A stretch of DNA of 64,000 nt from the IMG/VR virus record IMGVR_UViG_3300045256_000094, one strand, 5' to 3'. Positions 1 through 9,216 of this stretch are shown here, piece after piece. The DNA comes from a virus. How positions within the stretch are numbered: position 1 is the stretch's first letter; the number at the start of each line of letters is the position of its first letter. The position numbers were made by a program, and so were the translations under genes. The notes beneath the pieces were generated by a model. It worked only from the letters and a program-made list of their open reading frames with translations, made no database searches and was not told the origin of the DNA.

Positions 1-214
1 CGCATCGCAGTCGGGGCACTGCCATGCGCAAATCTCGCCGTTGTTCTCGAACCACGTCCAACCCTTTTCGGGTTGAAACGTCTCCATCCCAGCGGCGGTG
101 GTCGGGTAGTTCGGCATCTGCTTGTCGCAGTCGAGGCATCGGCCCTCCACGAGAGAGCGGGCGTGCCGTTCCTCAATCCGTTGCAACATCTCCGCAACGC
201 CCTCGGGCAAGGCG

Positions 215-538
215 TCAGGCGGCATGTCCCCCACACAGATCACCTGACAGCCCGGATGCCGCTTCTGGAGTTCTTCCAGAATCACCGGCGGCACATCCGC
301 TGCCTTCGCAGGCTGCATCAGAGTCAGGTCGTCGTGCGGCGGCATTGGTGCGTACCTCGATGGCTTCCATCTCGTCTTCGGAGATGTCGTTCTCGATTGC
401 GACTTGTGCGGCGGCGGCGTAGAACGGCTGCATCACCAGACCAAACGTTCGGTCGCTCAGCGAGTCAGCCAGTTCCTCACACCTATCCGCCATTCGGAAG
501 ATCAGTTCCAGTTCCTTGATCGCTTCCTGCTTTGTCAT
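215..538 (-). CDS. hypothetical protein. The N-terminal half is protein-like. The C-terminal half is low-complexity, so a frameshift or over-extension is possible.
   Basis: The ORF overlaps the upstream gene by 56 nt. There is no recognisable motif. Confidence 0.3.
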   Translation of the reverse strand: MTKQEAIKELELIFRMADRCEELADSLSDRTFGLVMQPFYAAAAQVAIENDISEDEMEAIEVRTNAAARRPDSDAACEGSGCAAGDSGRTPEAASGLSGDLCGGHAA

Positions 539-938
539 CCGTGAACCTCAATCCGTTGATGTATTCTTTCAGTTCGGCGATGTCCTTCTCCGCAGCCTCC
601 CTGGAGGAGTAGTCCATCACCGGCAGCATCTCCTGCATGATCGCTTGGATGATGCCTAGCGGCCGGTCCGGCTTGGCGATGATCTTGCCCCGGTAGCCGA
701 GGGCCAGGACCGATTTGTCCCGCTCGTCGCACTGGCCGATTGCGGCCAATTGGACGTAGAGGCGGTTCGTCCGTTTGATCTCCGTGCTGGTATCCACGAC
801 GCCCGCCACCGGCTCAGGCTTCACCGCCTTCATCGGCTTCTTACACTTGTCACACCGGGGTGTGCCCATGTAGTCGGCCGGGACTTTCTGTTCCGCCTTG
901 CAGGTCGGACAGCGGTACGTCGTCTTCTTGGACATCAC
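483..938 (-). CDS. hypothetical protein with an N-terminal zinc ribbon
   Basis: The motifs CPTC and CDKC sit in the first 35 aa. A 4-nt overlap (ATGA) with the upstream LCCL-domain gene suggests translational coupling. Confidence 0.5.
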   Translation of the reverse strand: MMSKKTTYRCPTCKAEQKVPADYMGTPRCDKCKKPMKAVKPEPVAGVVDTSTEIKRTNRLYVQLAAIGQCDERDKSVLALGYRGKIIAKPDRPLGIIQAIMQEMLPVMDYSSREAAEKDIAELKEYINGLRFTDDKAGSDQGTGTDLPNGG

Positions 939-1846
939 TCCCTCACGAATTCGTATGCGCCCGTCGGGAAGTTACCGTACTGGATTGTCGTGACCCCGTT
1001 GTTCGTGGTCGCCTCGAACGTGGCGGGCGAGTTGACGATGCGAATCCTCAGCACCTTCGTCTCGCCGACCTGCAAAAGACCACCGTGGACAGCAGCCACG
1101 GCAATCTTCGAGTCTAGCGTGTAAGGCCCGCTCCCCCAGACGCCAGCCCCGCTTGCTTCCGGGGCGGCACCTGTCACCTTGAACCAGAACTCTGTCCCGA
1201 ACTTGCTCTGGTAGTCCGGGGTGTTCAAGTTGGTCGGGGCGGGTTTGGCGTTCTCCTCCACGGCGTTCGGGAGCTTGATCTTGTCGATATCCCACAGGCG
1301 GACCGTTTGCTCGCCGAACGGCCCGGTCTTCACCTTCAGTGAATCCGCCTTGATCGTCCCGGCGATCTTCGAGTCCTCGGTGATGACCACATCCAGCGGC
1401 CGGACTGTCAGGTTGCTGTGCCGCCCCTTCAGGTAAGTCACCACTTCACCGGCCCGCCGTGAAACCTCCGGGTCGCTGCTCTTGGCGGCTGTCTCCGAAC
1501 AGACCGGGAAGGCACGAGGGCCGATCTTCTTCAGGGCCAGCGTGGCGTCCTCTCGGGCGGCGAAGTCGGGGTGGCCCAGCTTCGACACGCACTTGGCGAT
1601 GTCGTCCTGCATGGCGGGCGACGTGCGGGTGGCGAACTCGATCCCCTTCACTAAATGCGAAGGCACCTTCAACTCGCCGTACTTCGTATTCAGGGTGATG
1701 GACTCGTCCAGCAACGTCACACGGACGTGGCTGCCGTCCACACAGACTACCTCGACCAGTGGCGGAACCACGGCCTCCTTTTGTTGCGGGGGTGCGGGGG
1801 TCGCACACACGAGGGTCGAGAGAAGCAGGGTGGAAGTCAACATCAC
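935..1846 (-). CDS. secreted protein with a C-terminal LCCL-like domain
   Basis: There is a hydrophobic N-terminal signal (MMLTSTLLLSTLVCA). The C-terminal motif YTLDSKIAVAAVHGGLL matches the LCCL signature YTxDSxxCxAAVHxG. Confidence 0.55.
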   Translation of the reverse strand: MMLTSTLLLSTLVCATPAPPQQKEAVVPPLVEVVCVDGSHVRVTLLDESITLNTKYGELKVPSHLVKGIEFATRTSPAMQDDIAKCVSKLGHPDFAAREDATLALKKIGPRAFPVCSETAAKSSDPEVSRRAGEVVTYLKGRHSNLTVRPLDVVITEDSKIAGTIKADSLKVKTGPFGEQTVRLWDIDKIKLPNAVEENAKPAPTNLNTPDYQSKFGTEFWFKVTGAAPEASGAGVWGSGPYTLDSKIAVAAVHGGLLQVGETKVLRIRIVNSPATFEATTNNGVTTIQYGNFPTGAYEFVRE

Positions 1847-2121
1847 AGAATCCTTTCTGACTTCGCCTCTACAAACGGCGGATCAGTGTGAGGAAAAAGG
1901 GTAACACCTTCTCCGTGCGGGTGACACTTCTTCGTCGGTGTTACGACGAACGCCCTGGACGATTGATTCTTCGGGTCGCCCAGACCCTACCCGTTCATCA
2001 CGGGACGCATAGAACTCGTGAAGGCCGGACGCACTTTCGCTGGCCCGTCATAACCTCCCGTTCCTACGAGCGGTACGGACGGCTGTTCGGGGTTTTGACC
2101 CAGCGAGTTACATCTGACCAG

Positions 2122-2192
2122 TGGAGCTACCGGGATTCGAACCCGGAATACCACAATGCCATTGTGGCGTGATCCCGTTTCACTATAGCCCC
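2122..2192 (-). tRNA. tRNA-Ala (anticodon GGC), with an encoded CCA
   Basis: Hand-folded cloverleaf. It carries the G3:U70 Ala identity pair and the anticodon loop AUGGCAU. The plus strand shows the reverse complement of the T-arm (GGGATTCGAACCC). Confidence 0.7.
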
Positions 2193-2334
2193 ATCTTACA
2201 CTATCTGCCCATCAGCGGCAGGCATCCAAACACAAACACACTCGGCACCAACACAGCACCGACGAACACACCGATCCAGAAGTACCCGCTCGACAGCATG
2301 TCGAGGAATGCGGCGAAGATCATAGCTACCTTTC

Positions 2335-2556
2335 TTACACTTCGAATTTCTGGTCGAAGTGTTGTATTACGTCTTGTACCATACCACGCAGGTCTTCAAT
2401 TGGCAACCCAAATTGACCTGCGACTGCGGCGATCTTGTTGTGCCCGGAGTAGTCCACCATCTCTTGTAAGAGTTGGGCGACGGTGAGGCGGTGCCCTCGG
2501 AGGCAAGGTCTGCCGCCACACCGATCCGGGTCAGTCCATATGTACTTCGTGTTCAT
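2335..2556 (-). CDS. DUF433-family protein (antitoxin-like)
   Basis: The N-terminus MNTKYIWTDPDRCGGRPCLRGHRLTV is typical of DUF433. Confidence 0.5.
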   Translation of the reverse strand: MNTKYIWTDPDRCGGRPCLRGHRLTVAQLLQEMVDYSGHNKIAAVAGQFGLPIEDLRGMVQDVIQHFDQKFEV

Positions 2557-2750
2557 GACCGGATGTAAATCTCGCCGCAGTCCTTACACCCGTAGGACAG
2601 GTTGTCCGTCCACAGGTTCTTGCTCCCGCACTTCATGCACCGGCCGGTGTAGTCGCCGGTCGGCTCGTTGCGGGGGTTGTTCTTCCGCCGCTGGTAGTCC
2701 AGGTCTTTGTCCGGCGGCGGACCCATGTCCCCGAATTCGTCGTCCATCAC
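2553..2750 (-). CDS. zinc-ribbon protein
   Basis: It has CMKCGS and CKDCGE motifs. It overlaps the downstream gene by 4 nt. Confidence 0.4.
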   Translation of the reverse strand: MMDDEFGDMGPPPDKDLDYQRRKNNPRNEPTGDYTGRCMKCGSKNLWTDNLSYGCKDCGEIYIRS

Positions 2751-3280
2751 TTTGCCTTCAGTTGGACGTAGATGAACTTCGGTGCTTCTTCAGTGAAGTA
2801 GAGCCGAAGGGCCGGGCACAGCCAGCACTCCTCGCCCTCCATCATACCCGGCGTCACCGACTTGTAAACGTCGCCTTTCCGCTCGTGCCGCTGCCATTCG
2901 AGGACGATCTGGTTGCCGGGGAAGGGCACGGCCGAGAACAACATTACGAAGTCCTTCTTTCTGCCCAAAAGAGCCAGAGCCGCCGTCTCGATCATCGTGT
3001 CGGCACCGGCGACGAACGGCTCCTTGTCGAGCAGCCGTGCCTCGTCGTCGAAGACCCACAGCCCGTTCCATTCGTAGGGGGCGATGGCGAAGATGCTGTT
3101 CATGGTCGGAGTCCTTTCCTCTTCTGACCACGACGGCCTCGCATGAACAGCGAGGATGCCGATGGTCAGGATAAACAGCCCGTAGAAGGGCCAGAACAAG
3201 TAGTTGATCCACGGGTGGGACTCGCCGTAGGCGATCCACACCACTTCAACGAGAAGGGCTACGATGGAAACGTAGCCCAT
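2747..3280 (-). CDS. membrane protein, hypothetical
   Basis: There are hydrophobic N-terminal segments. The start was moved to an internal Met to avoid a 47-nt overlap. Confidence 0.4.
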   Translation of the reverse strand: MGYVSIVALLVEVVWIAYGESHPWINYLFWPFYGLFILTIGILAVHARPSWSEEERTPTMNSIFAIAPYEWNGLWVFDDEARLLDKEPFVAGADTMIETAALALLGRKKDFVMLFSAVPFPGNQIVLEWQRHERKGDVYKSVTPGMMEGEECWLCPALRLYFTEEAPKFIYVQLKAK

Positions 3281-3290
3281 GTAAGTCAGG

Positions 3291-3917
3291 TTAGCATTTG
3301 ATGTCGTCGAGACATCCGTGGACGTAGGAGTCTTCATAGCGACGGCGGTACTCTTCGAGGAAGTCGGTCAGTTCCCGGTCGGTCATCTTCTGAAGGTCTT
3401 TGCCCTTCGTCGTGACGACGCTCTCGTGGTGAACACCCGGAGGCCAGGGCTGGCCGTTCAACATCAGAGTATACACTTCGCCGCCGAGCGGCGTAACGGA
3501 GTGCCACGCCTTCGGATCGACGATCTCGTACCGGCTGCCCGATACTTGGAGTTGACGGTAGACCGGCCACGGCGTCTTCTGATCCAGGGTCGCCGTGTAC
3601 CCGACGTTCATCAGGTACTTGCCGTGGATGATACAGAACGCACCGGGCCACGGGTGCGGGTGCATGAACGACTCGCTCTCGTCGCACTCCTCGAACTTGT
3701 GCAGGCAGACCCGGTAGTTCCCGAACTGGCAGAACACCCGGTATGTGTGCGGCTTGCGGCGATTGATGATGAGCGAGTTCCAGTCGCTCAGCTTCACTGT
3801 GTACAACAGCATCGGCAGCTTCGCTACGACGTAGTTCAGCTTCCCGAGGTAGGTGGGGATGGCATCAAGCTCGTCCCCGAGCCGGTACTGAAGGTCTTCA
3901 TCCAGTTCGATCATCGC
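3291..3917 (-). CDS. hypothetical protein, possibly a cupin-like fold
   Basis: His-rich motifs HPHPWPGAFCIIHGKY and WHSVTP are present. The assignment is weak. Confidence 0.35.
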   Translation of the reverse strand, partial: AMIELDEDLQYRLGDELDAIPTYLGKLNYVVAKLPMLLYTVKLSDWNSLIINRRKPHTYRVFCQFGNYRVCLHKFEECDESESFMHPHPWPGAFCIIHGKYLMNVGYTATLDQKTPWPVYRQLQVSGSRYEIVDPKAWHSVTPLGGEVYTLMLNGQPWPPGVHHESVVTTKGKDLQKMTDRELTDFLEEYRRRYEDSYVHGCLDDIKC

Positions 3918-3981
3918 TCGCTCCTTCGTCCTGGGCGACTCCTTTAGTGGGTACAAGCCCTGGACAGCTATCTTTCAAAAA

Positions 3982-4075
3982 TGCGGAGGCGTGGGATTCG
4001 AACCCACGCTTCGGTGGCACCACCCATAGGGTTGTGGACGGGACTCGACCCCCGTCACGGTTGCGCTCCACCTAC
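3982..4075 (-). ncRNA. tRNA-like element(s). There is a canonical T-arm and 3' acceptor strand (GUGGG-UUCGAAU-CCCAC-GCCUCCG). The core is aberrant and a second degenerate T-arm hairpin follows.
   Basis: The acceptor CGGGGGU/GCCUCCG pairs. No canonical D or anticodon arm could be folded by hand. Confidence 0.35.
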
Positions 4076-4091
4076 ACCGCCGGTAATACCC

Positions 4092-4424
4092 TCAACCGGC
4101 CCCGCTCGGCTCCGGCTTGTTGCCGTGTTCCATGAGTTGCAGTGCCGCAATGAGCGGCAAGGCGAACGCCCAAAGGAGGGTGAAGACGAAGCCCTCCAGA
4201 ATGTAACCCCAGCCCGGCCAGCGAGGCTTGAAGTCGCTCCACTTGGCGTTCTTCCAATCGTTGATCTCGTACTGAATCCAGCCCATCGCCGCTTTGGCAT
4301 CGTCCGTCAGATGCTTCTTGGCGATGGTGCCGAAGGCGACGGCGTTCGACTTCAGGCCGTGCCCGCCGTCGCTGTTCTTCAAATAGGTCTGGTAGTCTTT
4401 GTGCGTTTCGTTAAGCATGTTCAA
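4092..4424 (-). CDS. membrane protein, hypothetical
   Basis: A GGAGG RBS lies 6 nt upstream. The C-terminal half is hydrophobic. Confidence 0.5.
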   Translation of the reverse strand: MNMLNETHKDYQTYLKNSDGGHGLKSNAVAFGTIAKKHLTDDAKAAMGWIQYEINDWKNAKWSDFKPRWPGWGYILEGFVFTLLWAFALPLIAALQLMEHGNKPEPSGAG

Positions 4425-4581
4425 CCTCCGTGTCGGTGGATGTGTTATATCCTAGTTTCGCCCCTAAATCAACGCCTCCGAGAATCCCACAAAAGTGCGG
4501 GCCACATCAGGGGGCAGACGACACAGAGGATGGAGTACGCCATCACGAGGACGACGAGCCAGAAAACGAAGAAACGCCGCA

Positions 4582-4773
4582 TCAAAGACTCCACGGGCCG
4601 TACTTGCGTTCCCGTTCGTCTTCGGCGGCTTGCCTGACAGCAGATGATTTGGCTTGTTTGCGACCGGCTTCGTAGGCCATCTTCATGAAAGCCTTGACCG
4701 CATCGGCGTTGTAGGTGCCGGGGTCTGGGGCGTTTTCCTTAAGCCACTGGTCACGTTCGAATTGATCTAACAC
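4582..4773 (-). CDS. hypothetical small protein
   Basis: The ORF lies immediately downstream of tRNA-Pro. Confidence 0.3.
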   Translation of the reverse strand: MLDQFERDQWLKENAPDPGTYNADAVKAFMKMAYEAGRKQAKSSAVRQAAEDERERKYGPWSL

Positions 4774-4797
4774 AATCTGCCTCCATGCAGAAATCAG

Positions 4798-4871
4798 TCA
4801 GGGTGACAGGATTTGAACCTGCAACATCCTGCTCCCAAAGCAGGCGCTCTACCAAGTTGAACTACACCCTG
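4798..4871 (-). tRNA. tRNA-Pro (anticodon UGG)
   Basis: It has C1-G72, which is typical of Pro, the anticodon loop UUUGGGA and the T-arm GCAGG-UUCAAAU-CCUGU. Confidence 0.7.
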
Positions 4872-5134
4872 TTCTCTAACCTGTCCGTGACTTCATCATA
4901 GCGAGTTTCGAGTTTTTCAACAAGAATTTCGTCACGACGAATGGCAGCGGCATCGGCTAGACATTCTTCTTCAGTCGGACCTTCACCGGCGTTGACCATC
5001 CTGATCGCCTCGGTGAAATCCGCATCGCACTTCTCGCACCCGCCGCCGCTGCACGAGATGTTGCCGCACTCGGGGCAACGGATTCTTGGGCAGCGGCAGA
5101 GGCTACACCAAACCCAACGTCCTGCAAACTTCAT
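4862..5134 (-). CDS. zinc-ribbon protein
   Basis: Several CxxC motifs are present (CPECGN, CEKCD). Confidence 0.35.
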   Translation of the reverse strand: MKFAGRWVWCSLCRCPRIRCPECGNISCSGGGCEKCDADFTEAIRMVNAGEGPTEEECLADAAAIRRDEILVEKLETRYDEVTDRLENRV

Positions 5135-5349
5135 AGGCAGTGGTCGTATGTGTAAGTGTCCGGTAAGTAGATATACCGCTTGCGGTGACTTTTCGGCTTC
5201 TTGCCGTACACCCGCTCACGGAAGGACTTGTCTCGTCCGCACACCGGGCACTCCCCGACGTGCATCCTGTACCAATGTTTCTTTACCGGCTTACGTTTTG
5301 TAGCGGGCATTGGCGATCCTTGCCTTGTGTTCGAAGTAGCGTTTCTCAA
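5131..5349 (-). CDS. basic zinc-ribbon protein
   Basis: It contains CPVCGR and is Lys/Arg-rich. Confidence 0.35.
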   Translation of the reverse strand: MRNATSNTRQGSPMPATKRKPVKKHWYRMHVGECPVCGRDKSFRERVYGKKPKSHRKRYIYLPDTYTYDHCL

Positions 5350-5640
5350 CGTCGGTGGTCAAGTCCTTGAGCGGGATGTAAAGGCCGACCAGCCCCTCCC
5401 GCTTGAGTTCTTCGACCGTCGGTCCTTCGTGGACATACGGCTCGACGCCTTCGGGCAATCGGGACGCAGCCACCGGGTCTACCCAGGTTGACTGCCTCGG
5501 CTCGCCCAGGAACTCAGAGCCTTGAATCTCGAAGGTCGGAAGCACGTTGCCGACGTGGTAAACAGTCACAACGCACTCCTGTTTCGTGGGACTAGCAGCT
5601 TGGCATCCTGCCTCACGGGGTCGTCCCTTAGTTTAGTAAA

Positions 5641-5715
5641 AGTGGACGTATCCGGCCTCGAACCGGAACAACGGGTGTAGCACCACGGCATTTATGACCA
5701 CAGCCCGGTTAGGTC
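5641..5715 (-). ncRNA. degenerate tRNA-like element. It has a T-arm (UCCGG-UUCGAGG-CCGGA) but no matching 5' acceptor strand.
   Basis: The 3' acceptor-like strand pairs instead with a downstream hairpin. Confidence 0.25.
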
Positions 5716-5953
5716 AGTGGGGAACCCGACTTACGCCCATAGCTTTGAGGACGGCCGCTTCCTGATCTCGCAGGCGAACGTAGTCCTTTGCCATCGCAAC
5801 CAACAGTTCTTTCAACTCGGGAGAATCGCCGCCGAGAGCCTTGCAGTGGATGGAGATGTTGCCCCAATCCATTACAATCTCGGAGTTACCGCCGGTGCGG
5901 TCATCCATCTCTCGTGCGAGATGGTACATCCGGTCTTCCATCCTAGAAGCCAT
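5714..5953 (-). CDS. hypothetical protein
   Basis: ORF only. Confidence 0.35.
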   Translation of the reverse strand: MASRMEDRMYHLAREMDDRTGGNSEIVMDWGNISIHCKALGGDSPELKELLVAMAKDYVRLRDQEAAVLKAMGVSRVPH

Positions 5954-6194
5954 GCTCTCTCCAGTTGTGGACAGGTTCTTTCTGTTCCACTTCCAGTTTG
6001 CAGTTCTGGCAGACGACGAGCTTTTCTTCGTCCCACCAGTACATGTCCACCCACTCTGCCTCGGCCCAGACGTTTCTTGTGTAGTCGATCTCGCCGCAAA
6101 AACAGATGTCGCAACAGCGAGGAGACTTCTCCGGGTCAGAGAACAGGAGAGTGAACACTGAGTAGCCCCATGAGGAATCGAACCCCGTAAGCAA
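5943..6194 (-). CDS. zinc-ribbon protein ending in the shared C-terminal tail HNWREHGF
   Basis: It contains CCDICFCGE and CQNCK. Its C-terminal tail is shared with three other small proteins at 57.6-59.1 kb. Confidence 0.4.
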   Translation of the reverse strand: MLTGFDSSWGYSVFTLLFSDPEKSPRCCDICFCGEIDYTRNVWAEAEWVDMYWWDEEKLVVCQNCKLEVEQKEPVHNWREHGF

Positions 6195-6232
6195 CTTTAG
6201 AAGAGTCGCCGCTGCCCAGCAGTGAGGCCATG

Positions 6233-6349
6233 TTTATTTAACCAACAACCAGATGATTACCCCGATCAGGCCGAGGATAATCGCCGCCACTACGACCAGG
6301 AAGATTCCGAATCTCGTCGCCAGGGCGTGAATGATCGCTTCAGGAACCA
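6233..6349 (-). CDS. small tail-anchored hydrophobic peptide (~38 aa)
   Basis: It translates as MVPEAIIHALATRFGIFLVVVAAIILGLIGVIIWLLVK. It has two neighbouring paralogs. Confidence 0.3.
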
Positions 6350-6351
6350 TG

Positions 6352-6474
6352 TTATCTCACAAGCAAGTATATCACGACTGCGATCAGGACGATGATGATC
6401 CCTATGAGGGCGGCGATCAGCCGGGCCACGCCCTCGATCAGATCACCGATGCCGTCGAAGATGAACTTCGGGAT
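6352..6474 (-). CDS. small tail-anchored hydrophobic peptide (paralog)
   Basis: It translates as MIPKFIFDGIGDLIEGVARLIAALIGIIIVLIAVVIYLLVR. Confidence 0.3.
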   Translation of the reverse strand: MPKFIFDGIGDLIEGVARLIAALIGIIIVLIAVVIYLLVR

Positions 6475-6740
6475 CATAGCTCGACCACTCCATGTTCCAT
6501 CAGGACGCACATTATCATGTACTTCACGGACTCGTCGAAGCTGACTGTCCGTGAAGCCGAAGGAGTCCACGTCTTGAGGATGTCCTTCAACAGTTCCAGA
6601 TCGTCGTCGGCGTGCTTCTCGGTGTACTCTTCACTGAACTCAATCCCGCCGGTCTTCAGCCCGTGCAGTTTGAGGCAGATGTCGCACACCGAGCGGCCTG
6701 CTTGTCGAACCCGGCAGTCGCCACGACTGATCTGTAACAT
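6474..6740 (-). CDS. hypothetical protein
   Basis: ORF only. Confidence 0.35.
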   Translation of the reverse strand: MLQISRGDCRVRQAGRSVCDICLKLHGLKTGGIEFSEEYTEKHADDDLELLKDILKTWTPSASRTVSFDESVKYMIMCVLMEHGVVEL

Positions 6741-6745
6741 CCTGT

Positions 6746-6868
6746 TACCTCACACAGATGTAGATCACCAGACCGATGACGGTCAAGCCGAGCAGGACGA
6801 TCAGCCCACACCCGAACTTGAACATCTTGTCCAGACCTTCACCAATCCCATCCGCAAAGCTCGCCATC
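6746..6868 (-). CDS. small tail-anchored hydrophobic peptide (paralog)
   Basis: It translates as MASFADGIGEGLDKMFKFGCGLIVLLGLTVIGLVIYICVR and shares the DGIG(D/E) motif with its neighbour. Confidence 0.3.
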
Positions 6869-7399
6869 TTCGTCTACCTCGTTGATAGTTGCCGGGTCGA
6901 TACAGGACTCAGCATACAACGAAGCGACGAAAGCGTCAACAGCGGGGTTGTTGTACTTGGCTGCCCGCTCGCTGAGTTCTCTCAGGAACTTGCGGCCCGC
7001 CGCCCCCTTGCTCAGAGCCACGGCCTCGTCCACGCTTTGCACGTTGTCGTACAACGAACACCGCTCGCACAGCCCTTCCTGGCGAATCTGACCGCACTGC
7101 ACGGGGCAGTCGTCGTAGCCGTACTTGCAGCCGTGGTAGGCACAGCAGTGGGACGGGCAGCAGGGGTGTTTTTTGACGAGAAGTTCGTACTCAGTGAGCG
7201 AACGAAGCTGGGCTTCGAACGCCACCATATCGAACTCGGGGTCGTTCTTCGCTTGATACTGCCGCTCGTCGGCGACGAGTTCTTGGATGAGTTGTTCCCG
7301 AAACTCGATGAGTTCTTCTTTGTGTTCGAAGTTCGGGTTGAACAAGATTTGCAGTTCGGCGGCTCGAATCTGCCGCTTCTTTTCTTCGAAGTCGTCCAT
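6839..7399 (-). CDS. Cys-rich hypothetical protein
   Basis: It contains the cysteine-rich stretch CCPSHCCAYHGCKYGYDDCPVQCG...CERC. Confidence 0.4.
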   Translation of the reverse strand: MDDFEEKKRQIRAAELQILFNPNFEHKEELIEFREQLIQELVADERQYQAKNDPEFDMVAFEAQLRSLTEYELLVKKHPCCPSHCCAYHGCKYGYDDCPVQCGQIRQEGLCERCSLYDNVQSVDEAVALSKGAAGRKFLRELSERAAKYNNPAVDAFVASLYAESCIDPATINEVDEDGELCGWDW

Positions 7400-7411
7400 G
7401 ACTTACTCCAG

Positions 7412-7482
7412 AGCTAGATGAGAGGATCGAACTCTCGATTCAATCTTACCAAGATTGCGTGATACCACTTCACTAATCTAGC
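7412..7482 (-). tRNA. tRNA-Thr (anticodon GGU)
   Basis: The acceptor is GCUAGAU/AUCUAGC. The anticodon loop is UUGGUAA and the T-arm is GAGAG-UUCGAUC-CUCUC. Confidence 0.7.
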
Positions 7483-7487
7483 ATAAG

Positions 7488-7559
7488 TCGGCGATGAGGG
7501 AATCGAACCCCCGACTCATCCGTGTAAAGGATACGGGTTGCCACTACCACCAATCGCCG
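7488..7559 (-). tRNA. tRNA-Val (anticodon UAC)
   Basis: The acceptor is CGGCGAU/AUCGCCG. The anticodon loop is UUUACAC. The D-stem is weak. Confidence 0.55.
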
Positions 7560-7986
7560 ATCTGAGCTTCCTTTCCAGGTCGCCAATCCAGATGCCGTTA
7601 TCTACGCACACCTGGAGATAATCCATTCCGATTTCTCTCGCCCCACCGTCGCACCGCTCGCTGTCGCCAACCATCAGGCACTTCTTCGGGTCAACCTGCA
7701 TGAAGTCAGTGACACGCCGGAAGGTCGCCGGGTTCGGCTTTACCTCTTCGTCCTTGTAGACGCCGAGGATCAGTTCGAAGTACCTGAGCAGGTCGTAACT
7801 TTGCAGTTTCGTCCGCAGCCACAGGCTGTCGGAGTGTTGCTGCGTGTTACTGATGACCGCCAGCCGGTAGCCCCGATGGTACAGGCTCGGGATCAGCCCG
7901 TGCAACTCGTGCGGGACGTTGAGGAACTTGCTCTTGTCGAGGAAACCCAGCGTGCCGCCGTAGTCGAAAATAATCGCTTCGTACAT
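7516..7986 (-). CDS. HAD-superfamily hydrolase
   Basis: It has motif I FDYGGTL and motif IV VGDSERCD. Its 3' end runs 44 nt into tRNA-Val. Confidence 0.6.
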   Translation of the reverse strand: MYEAIIFDYGGTLGFLDKSKFLNVPHELHGLIPSLYHRGYRLAVISNTQQHSDSLWLRTKLQSYDLLRYFELILGVYKDEEVKPNPATFRRVTDFMQVDPKKCLMVGDSERCDGGAREIGMDYLQVCVDNGIWIGDLERKLRSAIGGSGNPYPLHG

Positions 7987-8070
7987 AGTTCATTAGGGGT
8001 GCAGGACTCACACCTGTCTTCCTCCCGTCTAGCCGACGGGCGTGCTTGATTGCTATACACCAACCCCCAG

Positions 8071-8142
8071 AGCGACGTGCGGGAGTCGAACCCGCCTTAA
8101 CCTACTTGGGAAGCAGGTGCCCAGCCGCTAGGCCAACGTCGC
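8071..8142 (-). tRNA. tRNA-Gly (anticodon CCC)
   Basis: The G1-C2-G3 acceptor and U73 are typical of Gly. The anticodon loop is UUCCCAA. Confidence 0.7.
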
Positions 8143-8143
8143 A

Positions 8144-8365
8144 TTATTTGCAGATGGCGTATCCAATCGCCACCACCAGTCCGATCACCAGCAGGATGAT
8201 CGTCACGCCTGCGATCAGCAGGCAGCCCAGGAGTCCCTGGAACAACCGGAATCCGCCTTCAATGAAGTCAACCGGGTCGTCCAGCGGGTTCGGCTCAGAG
8301 AAGCAACGTACCCCTGGCTGCATCCAACCGATCAACAAAAACGGTAGAATCCAAGTCATCGACAT
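8144..8365 (-). CDS. tail-anchored membrane protein (same family as the 6.2-6.9 kb peptides)
   Basis: It has an FIEGGF motif and a C-terminal transmembrane segment. Confidence 0.35.
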   Translation of the reverse strand: MSMTWILPFLLIGWMQPGVRCFSEPNPLDDPVDFIEGGFRLFQGLLGCLLIAGVTIILLVIGLVVAIGYAICK

Positions 8366-8491
8366 CCTCCGTGACTTTCGGACAGCCGAGTGCCTTGAAG
8401 CACGACCAACAGGCTGCCGTCATCTCGCCGTCTTTCTTGACGGCGAACTGGTCTGTGTAATCTTCACAGACTCCACAATTGTAACAAACGC

Positions 8492-8923
8492 TCAACAACA
8501 CCCCTTCACACCGCACTTGTCCGGGGCGAGGCAGGCAGTGTTCTTCAAACTCGTTATCAGGTTCAGTCCCCGGTTCTCCGTCAAATGAGTAGAGAACAAC
8601 GAGTAGACCCCCAGCGTCTTTCCATCCGCCTGATACTCGACCGTCACTTCGGTATCGAGATCAATGAACTTGACGGCGTGCCGCAGAATGTCCAAAAACT
8701 TCTTCGCCTTCAGGCGATGATCCGTGTCGTTCGCCACCCAAATCTGGAGGGCACACGTTGTCGTCTCACGCATCGAGCCGCCGCAGTCCACAAACTTCTT
8801 CGTAACCAACCCGACTTCCGTTAGATGGAAATGGGCCGGAGCGAAGCCTGCATCCGGGAAGTAGATGTTTACCGGCAGGTCGTCTGCACGAGAGAGTGCG
8901 TCAACCAGATCGATCAGTTTCAT
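8492..8923 (-). CDS. hypothetical protein
   Basis: A 143-aa ORF with no confident motif. Confidence 0.4.
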   Translation of the reverse strand: MKLIDLVDALSRADDLPVNIYFPDAGFAPAHFHLTEVGLVTKKFVDCGGSMRETTTCALQIWVANDTDHRLKAKKFLDILRHAVKFIDLDTEVTVEYQADGKTLGVYSLFSTHLTENRGLNLITSLKNTACLAPDKCGVKGCC

Positions 8924-8936
8924 AACAATTCCTAAG

Positions 8937-9007
8937 AGCGGGATAGGGGAATCGAACCCCTCTCTGTAGCTTGGAAGGCTACGGCACGGCCACTATACCA
9001 ATCCCGC
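8937..9007 (-). tRNA. tRNA-Gly (anticodon UCC)
   Basis: The acceptor is GCGGGAU and the anticodon loop is CUUCCAA. Confidence 0.7.
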
Positions 9008-9216
9008 ATTATTCAATGTAAGGCCCGACGAATCCGCACTTCACACAGTAGAGGCAGGGCAAGTCGCCTTCTTCTTCTATGTGACCGCCCTCTTCAAAAA
9101 GCCGAGCCTTGCACTTCGGACATCGCTCGTCATCGCCTAACAGTTCACGCTTGATCTTGTCTTCAGGCCCGTACTTGATCCCGTTTTTGACGAAGTAAGG
9201 CATGATGTCCCAGCCT

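Noticed and set aside
24-519. Plus-strand ORFs 24-422 and 73-519
   Set aside because: They overlap better-supported minus-strand ORFs and have Arg/Pro-rich low-complexity translations typical of GC-rich off-frames.
6165-6195. T-arm-like motif GAGGAATCGAACCCC suggesting another tRNA
   Set aside because: No acceptor pairing or anticodon arm is found. It lies inside the N-terminus of the zinc-ribbon ORF 5943-6194 and is probably coincidental.
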